Assembly (NCBI GenBank): GCA_965208835.1
Contig: OZ242358.1
Location: 3,232,001-3,296,000 of the forward strand
Reading direction: 5' to 3'
Source: Candidatus Latescibacterota bacterium
GTDB lineage: Bacteria > Latescibacterota > UBA2968 > GCA-2709665
Length of the DNA stretch: 64,000 nt
Part shown: in pieces, positions 1 to 9,818 of the stretch
Position numbering within the stretch: position 1 is the first letter of the stretch
Layout: every line of letters begins with the position of its first letter
The notes under the pieces: generated by a model
What the model was told of the DNA's origin: nothing
What the model saw: only the letters and a program-made list of their open reading frames with translations
Databases searched by the model: none
Made by a program: the position numbers and the translations under genes

Positions 1-710
1 TGAAGCGCTTCCACCTCCGGAATCAGCCCGGCCTCATATTTTTTTCGTGCCAATTCATGAGCCTGCTCCTGTTGAACCAGGGCTTCACGAGCGATCTCCA
101 GGCTACGTTGAGCGCTATAGAAATCGTAAAATGCCTGGGTGATTTCATAGATGATATCGAGTTGGGTGCTGGTATATGCGCGCTGCCGGTTTTCAAGATG
201 CAACCGGGCGCGTTCCAGATTGAGTTTGAGTTGGTTGGGCGCAAACAGCGGCTGCCGGAAGTGAACGCTGAGGGTACTGAAGAAGCGCTTGCTTCGCTCA
301 GCAAGATTGAACGGTTCCTGAAATACGGATTCCCGAAGTTGCCTGAAGTCAGACCCGAAACTCAATTCGCCGTTTGTCACCAGAAATGGCTGGACGAGGG
401 AAACCGCGCCAAACCACTGGAGCATACCGATCTTGTTGTAAATGGGCAACTGATTGGGTACGCGAATGGCCTCTACGCTCTCCAGATAGTCGGGAGCTCG
501 CAATGACAGATTCACACGGGCTCGCGTGCTGCGTTTTGCTGCGTCCATTTCGAACCTGGCGTCTTGCAGGTCCAGCCAGAGATGACGTGCGCGGTACCCG
601 TCGTCCAGGGCCAGGACAATGGCATCATCCAATGTAAGGGCCAGCGTTCGTTCCTGGGCCGGAATCGATACCCAGGAGTTAATGATCAGGCAGATTGCAA
701 AGAGTCGCAT
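1..710 (-). CDS. TolC-family outer membrane efflux protein (N-terminal part; runs off window edge)
   Basis: Not in the ORF track. Manual translation from ATG at 710 (GAGG upstream) gives MRLFAICLIINSWVSIPAQERTLALTLDDAIVLALD..., a signal peptide plus the LTLDDAIxLAL start typical of TolC-family proteins. Lies downstream of the efflux operon. Confidence 0.8.
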   Translation of the reverse strand, partial: MRLFAICLIINSWVSIPAQERTLALTLDDAIVLALDDGYRARHLWLDLQDARFEMDAAKRSTRARVNLSLRAPDYLESVEAIRVPNQLPIYNKIGMLQWFGAVSLVQPFLVTNGELSFGSDFRQLRESVFQEPFNLAERSKRFFSTLSVHFRQPLFAPNQLKLNLERARLHLENRQRAYTSTQLDIIYEITQAFYDFYSAQRSLEIAREALVQQEQAHELARKKYEAGLIPEVEAL

Positions 711-854
711 GGGATTCCTCGAATCTCACTTTGACCGCATCCGGAGTACAAGTTTCGGCGCGTTCGCGCCAACACCGGACAGCATCTCGGCGACACGATT
801 ATCGTACATCCTCGAATCGAGATGTAATGTGCCATCAGTTCGACGACTGATATT

Positions 855-2093
855 CTACTCGTATCTGAGCGCATCGATGGGGTTCACGAGGGCGGCGCGC
901 CGGGCAGGAAACGTACCGGACGCGACGCCGACTGCGCCCGACAGGCCGAAAGCCAGTACAACCGCCAGGGGGGAGATGATCGTCTTGAATTCCGCAATGG
1001 CGTCAATGACAACGGCCATGCCTACGCCAAGAAGAATACCGGCAAGTCCGCCGGCGAGGCTCAGGCCAACGGCTTCGATGAGGAACTGAATCAGAATCTC
1101 TCGCTGCTTTGCACCCATAGCCCGGCGTATGCCGATTTCGCGGGTCCGCTCCAGCACGGTGGCCAACATGATATTCATGATGCCGATGCCGCCTACCAGA
1201 AGCGAAATCGCTGCGATCGATCCCAGAACCATATTGTAAATACGGCGTTCCCGCTCCTCCTGTTTCAACAATTCGAATGGAATGACAAGGTCGAAGTCGG
1301 CGTTCTGGTGATGCCTCCGTTGCAAGACTCGCCTGATTACCGCGGCCACTTCCGGAAGGCGCTCCGAGTCTTCCACCTGGACGGTGAGCTGATCTATCTG
1401 ACTGGCGAGGGGATTTTCTTTGCTGAATCTGCGCAAGAAAGCAGAGAGCGGAATATAGACGTCCTGATTGAGATTGCGTGCGGCCAACTCGCCCACGGTC
1501 TCTGTAAACAGCGCTTTGTTTGCCATTGTGCCGACCACTTCAAACCACTGGTCGTCCATCTTTACCTGCCTGCCTACTGGGTCTTCTATGGGAAAGAGTG
1601 ACCGGGCGACCTCGGCCCCCAACACGCAGACCCGAACTTCCCGGTCGTGCTGATCTCGCCACAGAAACTCGCCACTTGCCGGGACGGACTGGAAGATTTC
1701 CTTGAAGGCGTGGCTCACCCCCACCAGGGTGATCTTCGTCGACCTGTCTCCATGTTTGGCTTCAAGGTCCAGCTCGGCCTGCGGCGCCACGTGTACCGCG
1801 CCGGGTACGATCCGGCGGATGGCTTCGGCGTCGGCCAGCGACAGTCCTGACGAGAATCTGGCGCGCGCTTCCTCCAGTTCTTTTTCGGTCAACTTCCTGT
1901 CGCGTACGATGATGTTATTGACACCCAGTACCCTGAATTTCTCCAGGGCCTCTCGCTTTGCCCCCTCTCCGATGGCGAGCATCGCAATCACCGCACCGAC
2001 ACCGAATATGATCCCAAGCGTCGTCAGAACGGACCGGAGACGGTGTTGAGACAGGCCGTCCAGGCCGAGCCGAAGCATGTCACGCCGGTCCAT
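855..2093 (-). CDS. ABC transporter permease, MacB/FtsX family (no fused ATPase)
   Basis: RSVLTTLGIIFGVGAVIAM N-terminal helix; GGIGIMNIMLATVLERTREIGIRRAMGA motif; ends NPIDALRYE. Confidence 0.95.
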   Translation of the reverse strand: MDRRDMLRLGLDGLSQHRLRSVLTTLGIIFGVGAVIAMLAIGEGAKREALEKFRVLGVNNIIVRDRKLTEKELEEARARFSSGLSLADAEAIRRIVPGAVHVAPQAELDLEAKHGDRSTKITLVGVSHAFKEIFQSVPASGEFLWRDQHDREVRVCVLGAEVARSLFPIEDPVGRQVKMDDQWFEVVGTMANKALFTETVGELAARNLNQDVYIPLSAFLRRFSKENPLASQIDQLTVQVEDSERLPEVAAVIRRVLQRRHHQNADFDLVIPFELLKQEERERRIYNMVLGSIAAISLLVGGIGIMNIMLATVLERTREIGIRRAMGAKQREILIQFLIEAVGLSLAGGLAGILLGVGMAVVIDAIAEFKTIISPLAVVLAFGLSGAVGVASGTFPARRAALVNPIDALRYE

Positions 2094-3352
2094 CAGATCG
2101 AGCCCTCCTCTACCGACCTGACAACCCGGTCGCCGACCGAGACGTCGCCGGATATGACGACAGTGCGTTTGCTGCGAGGTCCAAGGCTGACGGGAACGCG
2201 TTTAAGTCCCCAGATCCGTTTCACGTATACAACGAACTCGCCGTTGTCCCGGTGGATACAATCGCTCCGCACAAACAGAGCGTCATCCAGGTCTGCCACC
2301 ATGAATTCACAGCTTACGGTCATACCCGGTCGCAAGAGCGGATCCGATTCATGCACCAACACTTCAATGGCGAAGACTTTGCTCTTGTCGTTTTTGTCCT
2401 TGCGCCGCCCGATACGGCTGACTTCGGTAACGTGGCCCGAAAACTCAAACTTGGGGAATGCGTCCAACCTCAGTCGGACCCTTTGTTTCAGCGTTACCTT
2501 CTCGATGTCGGTCTCACCGACCCACGTCCGGGCCTTCATGCGACTCAGGTCCGGCAGACCGACAATAGGGGTACCCGGCCACAACTGGTCGCCCGCAGCG
2601 ACTTTCTGACCGGTCTGCCGATTCTGTCTGTATTCGATCAAGCCTTCAGCCGGCGCTCTCAAGTTGAAGCTCTCAAGGGTCCGGCGGGCCATATCGACCG
2701 CCGACTCGATTTTTCTGATCTTCGCCCTGTGAATCTTCAGGTCCTCCGCCTGAACAAGCCTTACGGTTTCGAGTTTTCCACGCAACTTTCGTAGAGTCAG
2801 ATGTTTGATCTGTTTATCAAGAGCCTTGAGTTTCTTCTGAGTCTCGGATTCAAAGCGAACACGTTGCTCGTCGATTGCCGCCATGCGGAGGGACGATTCG
2901 GCCGAACGTATCCTACCCTCCAATTCCTTGACTTCGCTCCCGTGCTGAACGCGCATTTTGTTGAGGTCGGCCCGTCCGATGGCAAGGTCGGCCTCCTTGC
3001 GGCCCATTGCCTGGACGACTCCCGAAGCCTCAATGTTCCCCACCAGGTCGCCCTTACTGACGAGAGTGCCCTCGGGCTCCAGGTTGGTTATCTTCGGACG
3101 GCCGTACTGCCAGTTGAAATGGGGCATGGGGATGATGGTGTACCGTACGGCCTGCAGCTCTCCGGTTTCCATCATCGAAGACCGAAAGCGACCTCCCTCG
3201 ACCCGTGCGAACTGATGTTCCAGTTCGCCGCATCGGGTCTGGGCAAGCAGAATCGCAGGTACAAGAAGAGAGCGGCCGAGCCCGCGCAATCTGTCGGCGT
3301 GACTGCGAGCAGGTTGTTCGTCGGTTCCCGGCACGCCGGATTTGCGGTTCAT
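2093..3352 (-). CDS. Efflux periplasmic adaptor subunit (HlyD/MFP family)
   Basis: Lipoyl-like PEGTLVSKGD, long coiled coil, LRAPAEG, LPDLSRM, LRPGMTV; overlaps neighbouring genes. Confidence 0.9.
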   Translation of the reverse strand: MNRKSGVPGTDEQPARSHADRLRGLGRSLLVPAILLAQTRCGELEHQFARVEGGRFRSSMMETGELQAVRYTIIPMPHFNWQYGRPKITNLEPEGTLVSKGDLVGNIEASGVVQAMGRKEADLAIGRADLNKMRVQHGSEVKELEGRIRSAESSLRMAAIDEQRVRFESETQKKLKALDKQIKHLTLRKLRGKLETVRLVQAEDLKIHRAKIRKIESAVDMARRTLESFNLRAPAEGLIEYRQNRQTGQKVAAGDQLWPGTPIVGLPDLSRMKARTWVGETDIEKVTLKQRVRLRLDAFPKFEFSGHVTEVSRIGRRKDKNDKSKVFAIEVLVHESDPLLRPGMTVSCEFMVADLDDALFVRSDCIHRDNGEFVVYVKRIWGLKRVPVSLGPRSKRTVVISGDVSVGDRVVRSVEEGSI

Positions 3353-4584
3353 CGTGGCTCACCCTCTCCAGTAGAGAGCGATTCGACGATCGCGTTGGGA
3401 TCTGTCAGGGCGATTTCATCACCGTTCGACAGGCCGCTGTCCACGACCACATGGGTGTCGTTTTCCTCACCAAGGGAGACCGCTTGCGCCTCAAATCTCC
3501 TTCCGGTTCGACGATATACGATCGGTTTCCCGTTTTGTTCAAAAACGGCAGGAAGAGGAACGGACAGCGCGTCCGGAATCCTCTTTACAAGGAGCCGGCA
3601 ACTGACTGTCATCCCGGGCATCAGTCTTTCGTCGTGTCCGTCCAGCTTTACGACGACGTCGAATACCTTGACCTTCTCTTCCTTCGACTTGTTCCGTGCA
3701 AGCAAGGCGACTTCGATCACTCGTCCCGAGAACGTGGTATCGGGATACGCGTCAAGGGTGACCGCAGCCCGTTGATCGACTTTAACCTTGGCGATTTCGA
3801 TCTCGCTCGCTTGAACCTTCGCCTTCATCTGGCTCAGGTCCGGCAGGCCAATAACCGGCCAGCCCGAATAGACCTGATCATCGACCTGATATTTGTTGCG
3901 CGTATAAGGATTCTTGCGAAGGATTGCGATGCCGGACGCCGGCGCCGTGACTGTAAGCATCGCAAGCGTATTCTTCGCGGCGTTCAATTTGTCCTGTTCC
4001 TGCTGCAGTTTCAACTTCAGTTTGCTGATTTCTTCACGGTGGATGTTCTTTCTGTTCTCCAATTCCCGAGCGGCCTGTTCCAGCTTGATGCCGGCTTCCT
4101 CAAACCGAAACTCATCCTGTTTGCGATCGATTTCGGCCTTGAATTGCGCCTGTTCCAGCTTCAACCGGGCGATTTCCCGACTAATGCGACTTATGTCGAG
4201 ATCAATCTCAAGGCCTTCAATCTCGGAGTTGCCTTTGGCACGGGCTTTACGCAGTTCGGCCTCGGCGATTTCAAGGTTGGACTCTGCCTCTGTTATGGCC
4301 TTTTGGACTTCACCTTCGTCAAATTGAACGAGTAGTTCCCCTTCCTCAACCTGCTTGCCATCGTCTACGAGCTTTACAATCTTGAGTTCGCCAAATCGCC
4401 AGTCGATTGGCGGCGCCATAACCACCACGGACCGCACCGCTTCGAGTTCTCCGGTAACAATGAGGTTGCTCGTAAACTCGCCAGGCTTGACAGTATGGGT
4501 CTCGACCGACGGAGCGCTTACGCCTGCACAAGCGGTCAGCGCCGCCAGACCGAGAGGACCGAACAGGGAATTTGGCGTTTTCAT
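3349..4584 (-). CDS. Efflux periplasmic adaptor subunit (HlyD/MFP family), probable lipoprotein
   Basis: Likely start ATG 4584 (MKTPNS...LAALTAC lipobox); DGKQVEEGELL, VTAPASG, LPDLSQM, LMPGMTV. Confidence 0.9.
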   Translation of the reverse strand: MKTPNSLFGPLGLAALTACAGVSAPSVETHTVKPGEFTSNLIVTGELEAVRSVVVMAPPIDWRFGELKIVKLVDDGKQVEEGELLVQFDEGEVQKAITEAESNLEIAEAELRKARAKGNSEIEGLEIDLDISRISREIARLKLEQAQFKAEIDRKQDEFRFEEAGIKLEQAARELENRKNIHREEISKLKLKLQQEQDKLNAAKNTLAMLTVTAPASGIAILRKNPYTRNKYQVDDQVYSGWPVIGLPDLSQMKAKVQASEIEIAKVKVDQRAAVTLDAYPDTTFSGRVIEVALLARNKSKEEKVKVFDVVVKLDGHDERLMPGMTVSCRLLVKRIPDALSVPLPAVFEQNGKPIVYRRTGRRFEAQAVSLGEENDTHVVVDSGLSNGDEIALTDPNAIVESLSTGEGEPR

Positions 4585-4606
4585 TACAAATTCCAATGCA
4601 ATAAAA

Positions 4607-5899
4607 TCACTCCGGGGGCCGACGCAGGGCGAGTTCCGCACCAGCAGCCAGGTCGCCTTCTATTACCGCGAAATCGGAATTCCTGGCGGCCAGATTCACC
4701 CGGCGCGGTAGGAATCTCTTCCCTTGTCGCAAATAGACCACATGCAAGCTGTCCTGTTGGAATACACAATCAAGCGGCGCAACGAGGGCCTCAGACCGTT
4801 TTTCCACGAAGATACGCACCCGTGCGGAAAGCCCGGATGTAAAACCGGAACTTGTGGAATCCAGTTCCACGATGACCTCGACCTGTTTCACCCTGGAACC
4901 GGCCTTCAACGGTTTTGCACGTGGTGCGACCCGCGCGACCTTCCCCGAAATCGGGTCGGTACTCAACGACGAAATCACAACTTCCGCATGCTGACCCTCT
5001 TTCAGTCCTTGTGACTGAATTTCGTCAACCTGCAACGTCACTTGCATAACAGACAGATCGGGGATTCTCAAGACGGCTTCTCCGGGGTATTTTGCACCGC
5101 CTTCCCGAGGCTTGTCGAATCGCCATCCCCGGTCATAGATCACGATGCCTGCGGTTGGCGCTCTGATGCTCAGCTTCTCGATCGATTCTTCGGCTTCTTT
5201 GAGCTTTTGTTCGGCCTGTTTGATGAGGATGTCCGTGTGGGCAAGCTCTTCTTTCTGAATCGCTGCCATCGATTCGAGCTTCTTGCTGATTTTTTTTGTT
5301 CGCAGCTCGTCACGTTCCACTTCAAGCCGTTTGATTTCCCTAAGCCGAGGCGCAACGTATTCGAGTTTGGTCATTTGAAGCCGTGAAATCGCCACGGCGG
5401 CACGCGCGCTTTCACGGTCCGCTTCCAGCAGGTATTGCTGGGCATTTCGTTCCGCTTGTTTCTTATTGGCATCGGCCCGAGCTATTGCGAGCTCGTTGTA
5501 TGCGATCCGAAAGTCGTTCTCGAAAGGTTGGGTATCAAATCTGACGACCACTTCATCCTTCTTTACGGCAGATCCTTCCGCCGCCAGATAAGAAATCTCA
5601 AGTTCCCGCCAATAGCGCAGCCGGGGCGCAGTCAGCGTTGTCGCCCTCTTGGCCTCCAATACGCCATCCGCGTCGACGCTAATGTGAAAGGGTTGTTTCG
5701 AAAGGGTGTGAACAAGGGGGGGCCGCCCGGATTGCCCCGGACCGCATCCGGACAGAACAAGGAATGTCCCGTACAAGATCCGGAAGGCATATGAGGTTGG
5801 CGCTCGCCGTGCCGAACACGATTTAGAGTGTGACATAGGCATCGGTATAGATTTGGACACTTGCTTAACTGAATAGTTCACAGAAAGGGTAGTTTTCAT
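4607..5899 (-). CDS. Efflux periplasmic adaptor subunit (HlyD/MFP family)
   Basis: AEGSAVKKDEVV, coiled coil, IRAPTAG, IPDLSVM; VLSGC lipobox-like; true start may be ATG 5842 or 5836. Confidence 0.88.
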   Translation of the reverse strand: MKTTLSVNYSVKQVSKSIPMPMSHSKSCSARRAPTSYAFRILYGTFLVLSGCGPGQSGRPPLVHTLSKQPFHISVDADGVLEAKRATTLTAPRLRYWRELEISYLAAEGSAVKKDEVVVRFDTQPFENDFRIAYNELAIARADANKKQAERNAQQYLLEADRESARAAVAISRLQMTKLEYVAPRLREIKRLEVERDELRTKKISKKLESMAAIQKEELAHTDILIKQAEQKLKEAEESIEKLSIRAPTAGIVIYDRGWRFDKPREGGAKYPGEAVLRIPDLSVMQVTLQVDEIQSQGLKEGQHAEVVISSLSTDPISGKVARVAPRAKPLKAGSRVKQVEVIVELDSTSSGFTSGLSARVRIFVEKRSEALVAPLDCVFQQDSLHVVYLRQGKRFLPRRVNLAARNSDFAVIEGDLAAGAELALRRPPE

Positions 5900-6010
5900 T
5901 CCAAGTCACTCAGTGTTTCCGCAAGAGATCCGCCATCTGGCCAGATGTCCCACGGGCAACGGCTGGTAAACTTGACACATCGCATGGCGGATTGCTCCAC
6001 CAGAGAATTT

Positions 6011-6026
6011 ATCAAAGACCGTGCCA
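6011..6026 (-). promoter_or_regulatory. Sigma-54 (-24/-12) promoter-like element for the efflux operon
   Basis: Minus strand reads TGGCAC-GGTCT-TTGAT (consensus TGGCAC-N5-TTGCW, one mismatch at -12), ~110 nt upstream of the first adaptor gene. Confidence 0.55.
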
Positions 6027-6090
6027 AACGTACATGTTACGTTTTATCAGTCAGTTATGACAAAAACAAATCGCCGAAGTGTTCGGGAAG

Positions 6091-6127
6091 TGTCCGATTT
6101 TGATACAGAAATGTCCGAAAACGGACA
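6091..6127. promoter_or_regulatory. Tandem palindromic sites, putative enhancer-binding-protein sites
   Basis: TGTCCGATTTTGATACA (6091-6107) and perfect palindrome TGTCCG-AAAA-CGGACA (6112-6127) upstream of the sigma-54-like element; IHF-like TATCAGTCAGTTA at 6045-6057 in between. Confidence 0.5.
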
Positions 6128-6269
6128 CTCGGAGGGATCGAGTAGGGCTGGCAGGAGATAAACGGAATTGAGCGTATCCACGGGTCATGGACGTATCTGG
6201 CGGCCAGGTTCAATGTCGTCTACAGAGGTAAGGATTCATCGCTTTGGCTTGAAAAAGCAAGCCTCTGCC

Positions 6270-6392
6270 CTGCTCCTGGCTTCTAATCCTGCTAGTCCTG
6301 CTGTAGGTTTTGATCTTGCCCTTGGCTTCTAATCCTGCTTAATCCTGGTCGGTTTTGACTTTTATCCTGACTATCCTGTCCATCCATGTAAA
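6270..6392. repeat. Low-complexity short-period repeat (ATCCTG units)
   Basis: GGCTTCTAATCCTGCT occurs twice, plus several further ATCCTG units in the intergenic region. Confidence 0.5.
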
Positions 6393-6410
6393 TTATGGTT
6401 TTTAAATGGC

Positions 6411-7514
6411 CTAAGTCAGATCGAGATCCTCATAGACGGCGCTGTTGATCTCTCTGTTGCGGACCTGATGGGCTTCTTCTCCGGGTGTGCCGTTAAAGAT
6501 GCACACGACAACCAGGCTCGCATCGGGATCCACGAAGGCGATGGACGACTGATAGCCTGCATTGCCAAACGCGCGGGGAGAGGCGTGTCGCCCGAAGCCG
6601 TACGGAGCCGACTCCTTGCGGTAGATGTTCGAGTTGACGTAGAATCCCAGACCCATGTCCACGATATGACCCAGGATTTCGTCCTTCATGCCGGTTCGAT
6701 GCCGGGAGGTAATCGCTTCAGCCGTCTGCGGAAGCAGGATCCTCTCCCCGTTGCACCGTCCTTTCCCGAGCAGCATTTCGTAGAAGCGTCCCAACTCCCT
6801 CGCCGGTCCCCTACCGCTCCCACCCGGCACGCATTGACCGATCGTTCGATCCAGATCCACGCTGTAGTGCGACGGCTCCGGCGTTTCGGCAGCGGTATTG
6901 TACATCAATCCGATCCGGTCCTTCCTCGCCTGATACGTCGATGAATCCATCGAGAGGCTGCAGTTGGGCATATCGAGCGGATCGAAAATCTCACGATGCA
7001 CGTATCGGTCGAAGCGCATGCCGCTCTTACGTGAAACGACCTCCGCAAGCACAAACCAGGCATTCGCCACGTCATATCGCGCCCGCCTTCCCGGCAACCA
7101 GCCTTCCCGCAAGGGCGCATCGCAAATTCCGGCGACGATTTCTTCCCAAGAAGATTCGGACCACGCGACGTCGACCGGTCCGATCCCGCCGGTATGCGTC
7201 AATAGATGCCGAAACGACAATCGCTCTTTTCCGCCCGCCCCGAACTCCGGCAGGTGTGAACAGACGGGATCGTCGATTTCGATCAGGCCCCTCTCCCACA
7301 CCTGGGCGACGGCAACCGCGGTGATGCCCTTGGTCAACGACATCCAGACGGTTATGGTGTCACTCGTCATCGCCCGGGTTGTCGTCGCATTCCCGACTGA
7401 CACGTCCGCGACGACACTGCCCTCGACAGACACGTAGAGCTGAGCGCCCGGATGGAGTCCGTCTCCGACGCCTGCATGAAGCAGACCGACGGTCCGTGTC
7501 AGCGATATATCCAT
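6411..7514 (-). CDS. Serine hydrolase, beta-lactamase family
   Basis: Likely start ATG 7514 (MDISLTRT); SxxK motif SLTK, LLTHTGG, EIFDPLDM. Confidence 0.9.
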   Translation of the reverse strand: MDISLTRTVGLLHAGVGDGLHPGAQLYVSVEGSVVADVSVGNATTTRAMTSDTITVWMSLTKGITAVAVAQVWERGLIEIDDPVCSHLPEFGAGGKERLSFRHLLTHTGGIGPVDVAWSESSWEEIVAGICDAPLREGWLPGRRARYDVANAWFVLAEVVSRKSGMRFDRYVHREIFDPLDMPNCSLSMDSSTYQARKDRIGLMYNTAAETPEPSHYSVDLDRTIGQCVPGGSGRGPARELGRFYEMLLGKGRCNGERILLPQTAEAITSRHRTGMKDEILGHIVDMGLGFYVNSNIYRKESAPYGFGRHASPRAFGNAGYQSSIAFVDPDASLVVVCIFNGTPGEEAHQVRNREINSAVYEDLDLT

Positions 7515-7543
7515 TGGCAAGTCAACTCTCCCGCGGCACCAGA

Positions 7544-9448
7544 TCAGGACCGGTGCAGGTCCGGGTCCTCCAGGGCCTCGTAGATCACGCCGCCCTCGAC
7601 GTTGCGCGGCATGGGCGCTCCCGTGAGGTAGCAGACCGTGGGCGCAACGTCGATGACGCGCACCTGCCGTTCGAGACGTCCCGCCGGGCGCACGCCGGCG
7701 CCGGCTGCGATGAAGGTCGAGTGCTGGCCGGCCATCCCGAACGCCACCGAGGGCAACTGCTTGCCGTGGGCGCCGTCGAACTCGGGACGCAGGGCGTAGA
7801 CGACGTCGCCCACCCTGTCCGACCACAGGTTCACCATCTCCGCGTCCTCGCGCGTGACGGCCAGCGCGAATGTCCGCCGCCCCGTGGCCGGATCTACATG
7901 GTCGTGCAGCGCCTGAATGATATCCTGGCAGACGGCGTTGTAGTCCGCGGGATCCACGATGCCGCCGGGTTCCCGGCCCTTCAGGTTCACGAAGATATGT
8001 ACCAGGCCCACGTCCGCCGCGCGAGTCCGCGACCAGTCGATGGAGCGGTTGGACCCGCTGCCCGTGTATTTCAGAAAACCTGCCTGCTCCAGCACCGCCG
8101 CGACGTTGACGACGGTATGCTGCTGGGATGTGCCGCCGTGGTCGGAGACCAGGAAGAACGCGGTGTCGTCACCGGCCAGCCCTCGCAGGCGCCCGATCCA
8201 GCGGTCGATGGAAGCATAGGTGCGCTCCACGCCTTCGCGGCACCGACGCTGCACCTCCGGAGGCGCACCGGAGTGGGGATCGGCGACGCGCAGGAAGAAA
8301 TGGCTGGTGTAGTCCGAGGCGTGGGTCTCCGTCATCAGCAGGTCCCAGTCCCGTGAGCCGGCGAGATACTCCGCCATGTCCGCCAGGCGCTGGTGGTGGA
8401 ATTCGAGCAGCTCGAAATAGGTATCGTCGTCGATCAGGCCGAGGGCGTCGCGCGCGGGATTCTGCAGGAAGTTGCCCACGTTCCGGTCGATCTCGCCGGC
8501 CACGGAAGCGGGTTTTGTGTACCCGTCGGGCGGCCAGATCTGGGGGATGAAGAGCTCGAAGGCGTCAGCCTCGGGCGTCAGCGTGATCAGCTTGGCCCGC
8601 ACGTATCCGCTCACCTTTCCGCCGTCGATCTCGAAGTTGTCCAGCCACCACTCGCTCCACTCCCCTACCCCCAGGTCGGCCAGCGGCTTTGACGCGTCCT
8701 TCGACCGGCAGAGGCGTACCCGGTCGTAGCCGCCAGCGCCGCTGGCGTAGATGAGCGCGTGGAGCGGCACGGGGGCGCCCTCCCGACCCCGCTTCATGCC
8801 CTCCCGACCCCTCGCCAGGGACTGGATGATGAGGACCGCCTCCTTCGGCGGCCGCTTCGATTCCGGCGCGCCGGACCATCCCGCGGCGTCCGACAGCGTC
8901 ACCGGGTCGAACTCGCGTACCCCCTGCAGGGCGCTCGGGTCAAGGGTTTCCGGGTCGCGCTGCGCCTCGAGCCGCCTTGGCGCCCATTTCCCGGCGACGA
9001 ACAAATGATAGCCCGCCACCTGGTGGTGGTTGGAGACGCCGGGGCCGGTACCCTCAACCTGCACGCCCGTGCGCACCGTTGGCGGCCACGACATCTCCCA
9101 CTTCACCAGGATTGGCGTCCGGCCGCCCCGCTCGAAGGCGTTCCAGATGTATTCCGAACGCGACAGAGACGTGTCGATGCCCCAGAGGGTGCGGTCCAGG
9201 GGCTCCCCAACGTGGCGGATATTGAAATCCATGATTCCGTGGGTGCCCGGCCACGATCCGGTGGACAGGGCCGTCCACCCCGGCGGCGTGAGCGTGGGAA
9301 AGACCCCAACCATGGGCCGCCAGACGCCCGCCGCCATTAAAGCGCGCACATTGGGCATATGGCCCGCGTCGGCCATGTTCCTGACCAGTTCCATGCTGGC
9401 GCCGTCCATGCCGGCGACGATGGCGCGCCGGGCGGGTGCGGTACTCAT
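7544..9448 (-). CDS. Alkaline-phosphatase-superfamily phosphodiesterase / nucleotide pyrophosphatase
   Basis: GMDGA, PTLTPPGWTALSTGxxPGTHGI, VSDHG, NLKGREPGGIV, DVAPT; GGAGG RBS before ATG 9448. Confidence 0.9.
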   Translation of the reverse strand: MSTAPARRAIVAGMDGASMELVRNMADAGHMPNVRALMAAGVWRPMVGVFPTLTPPGWTALSTGSWPGTHGIMDFNIRHVGEPLDRTLWGIDTSLSRSEYIWNAFERGGRTPILVKWEMSWPPTVRTGVQVEGTGPGVSNHHQVAGYHLFVAGKWAPRRLEAQRDPETLDPSALQGVREFDPVTLSDAAGWSGAPESKRPPKEAVLIIQSLARGREGMKRGREGAPVPLHALIYASGAGGYDRVRLCRSKDASKPLADLGVGEWSEWWLDNFEIDGGKVSGYVRAKLITLTPEADAFELFIPQIWPPDGYTKPASVAGEIDRNVGNFLQNPARDALGLIDDDTYFELLEFHHQRLADMAEYLAGSRDWDLLMTETHASDYTSHFFLRVADPHSGAPPEVQRRCREGVERTYASIDRWIGRLRGLAGDDTAFFLVSDHGGTSQQHTVVNVAAVLEQAGFLKYTGSGSNRSIDWSRTRAADVGLVHIFVNLKGREPGGIVDPADYNAVCQDIIQALHDHVDPATGRRTFALAVTREDAEMVNLWSDRVGDVVYALRPEFDGAHGKQLPSVAFGMAGQHSTFIAAGAGVRPAGRLERQVRVIDVAPTVCYLTGAPMPRNVEGGVIYEALEDPDLHRS

Positions 9449-9489
9449 AAGATACCTCCTGTGGTCACAACTGTCCAAAAACGGGTGTG

Positions 9490-9716
9490 GTTAACATCAA
9501 TTCAATAAAGACAAACGTCGAATTGGCCACAAAAAGCTCGAATGCGGGGAGACAGTAGAGGTTAGACGGGAGAAGAAATCCTTGCCCGGTATGTCTTCGC
9601 TACTTGCCTTCGGCACGAAAAGAATCCCCACAAGGCAGGTAATCTCTACCGTCTTCCGGCTCCCGTCTACCCGCTTCTGATGGGCCGGAGGAAGAGGTCC
9701 CGTTCACGTCCAGCGA
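9490..9716. repeat. MITE-like intergenic element, family A, copy 1
   Basis: Shares left end (...AATTGGCCACAAA), ~75-nt core (GAAATCCTTGCCCGGTAT...CACAAG..AATCTCT) and right end (CACGTCCAGCGA) with 19098-19430; core flanked by inverted AGACGG/CCGTCT heptamer arrays. Confidence 0.7.
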
Positions 9717-9760
9717 TTGTGAATGTCACAAAATTACGCGAAATAAACGGCTGGCAAGAA

Positions 9761-9786
9761 GGGCAGACAGGAATGTCCGCCCCACC
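9761..9786. repeat. REP-like palindrome
   Basis: GGGCAGACAGGAATGTCCGCCCCACC; near-identical copy at 60785-60810. Confidence 0.6.
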
Positions 9787-9818
9787 TTTAAACCGGCTTC
9801 CTGAACGCGTAGAGCACC

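Noticed and set aside
57-506. 149-aa plus-strand ORF
   Set aside because: Antisense shadow of the TolC-like gene that starts at 710 on the minus strand.
7515-7826. N-terminal extension of the beta-lactamase-family ORF
   Set aside because: Arg-rich off-frame overlap with the upstream phosphodiesterase; the recognisable domain begins at ATG 7514.
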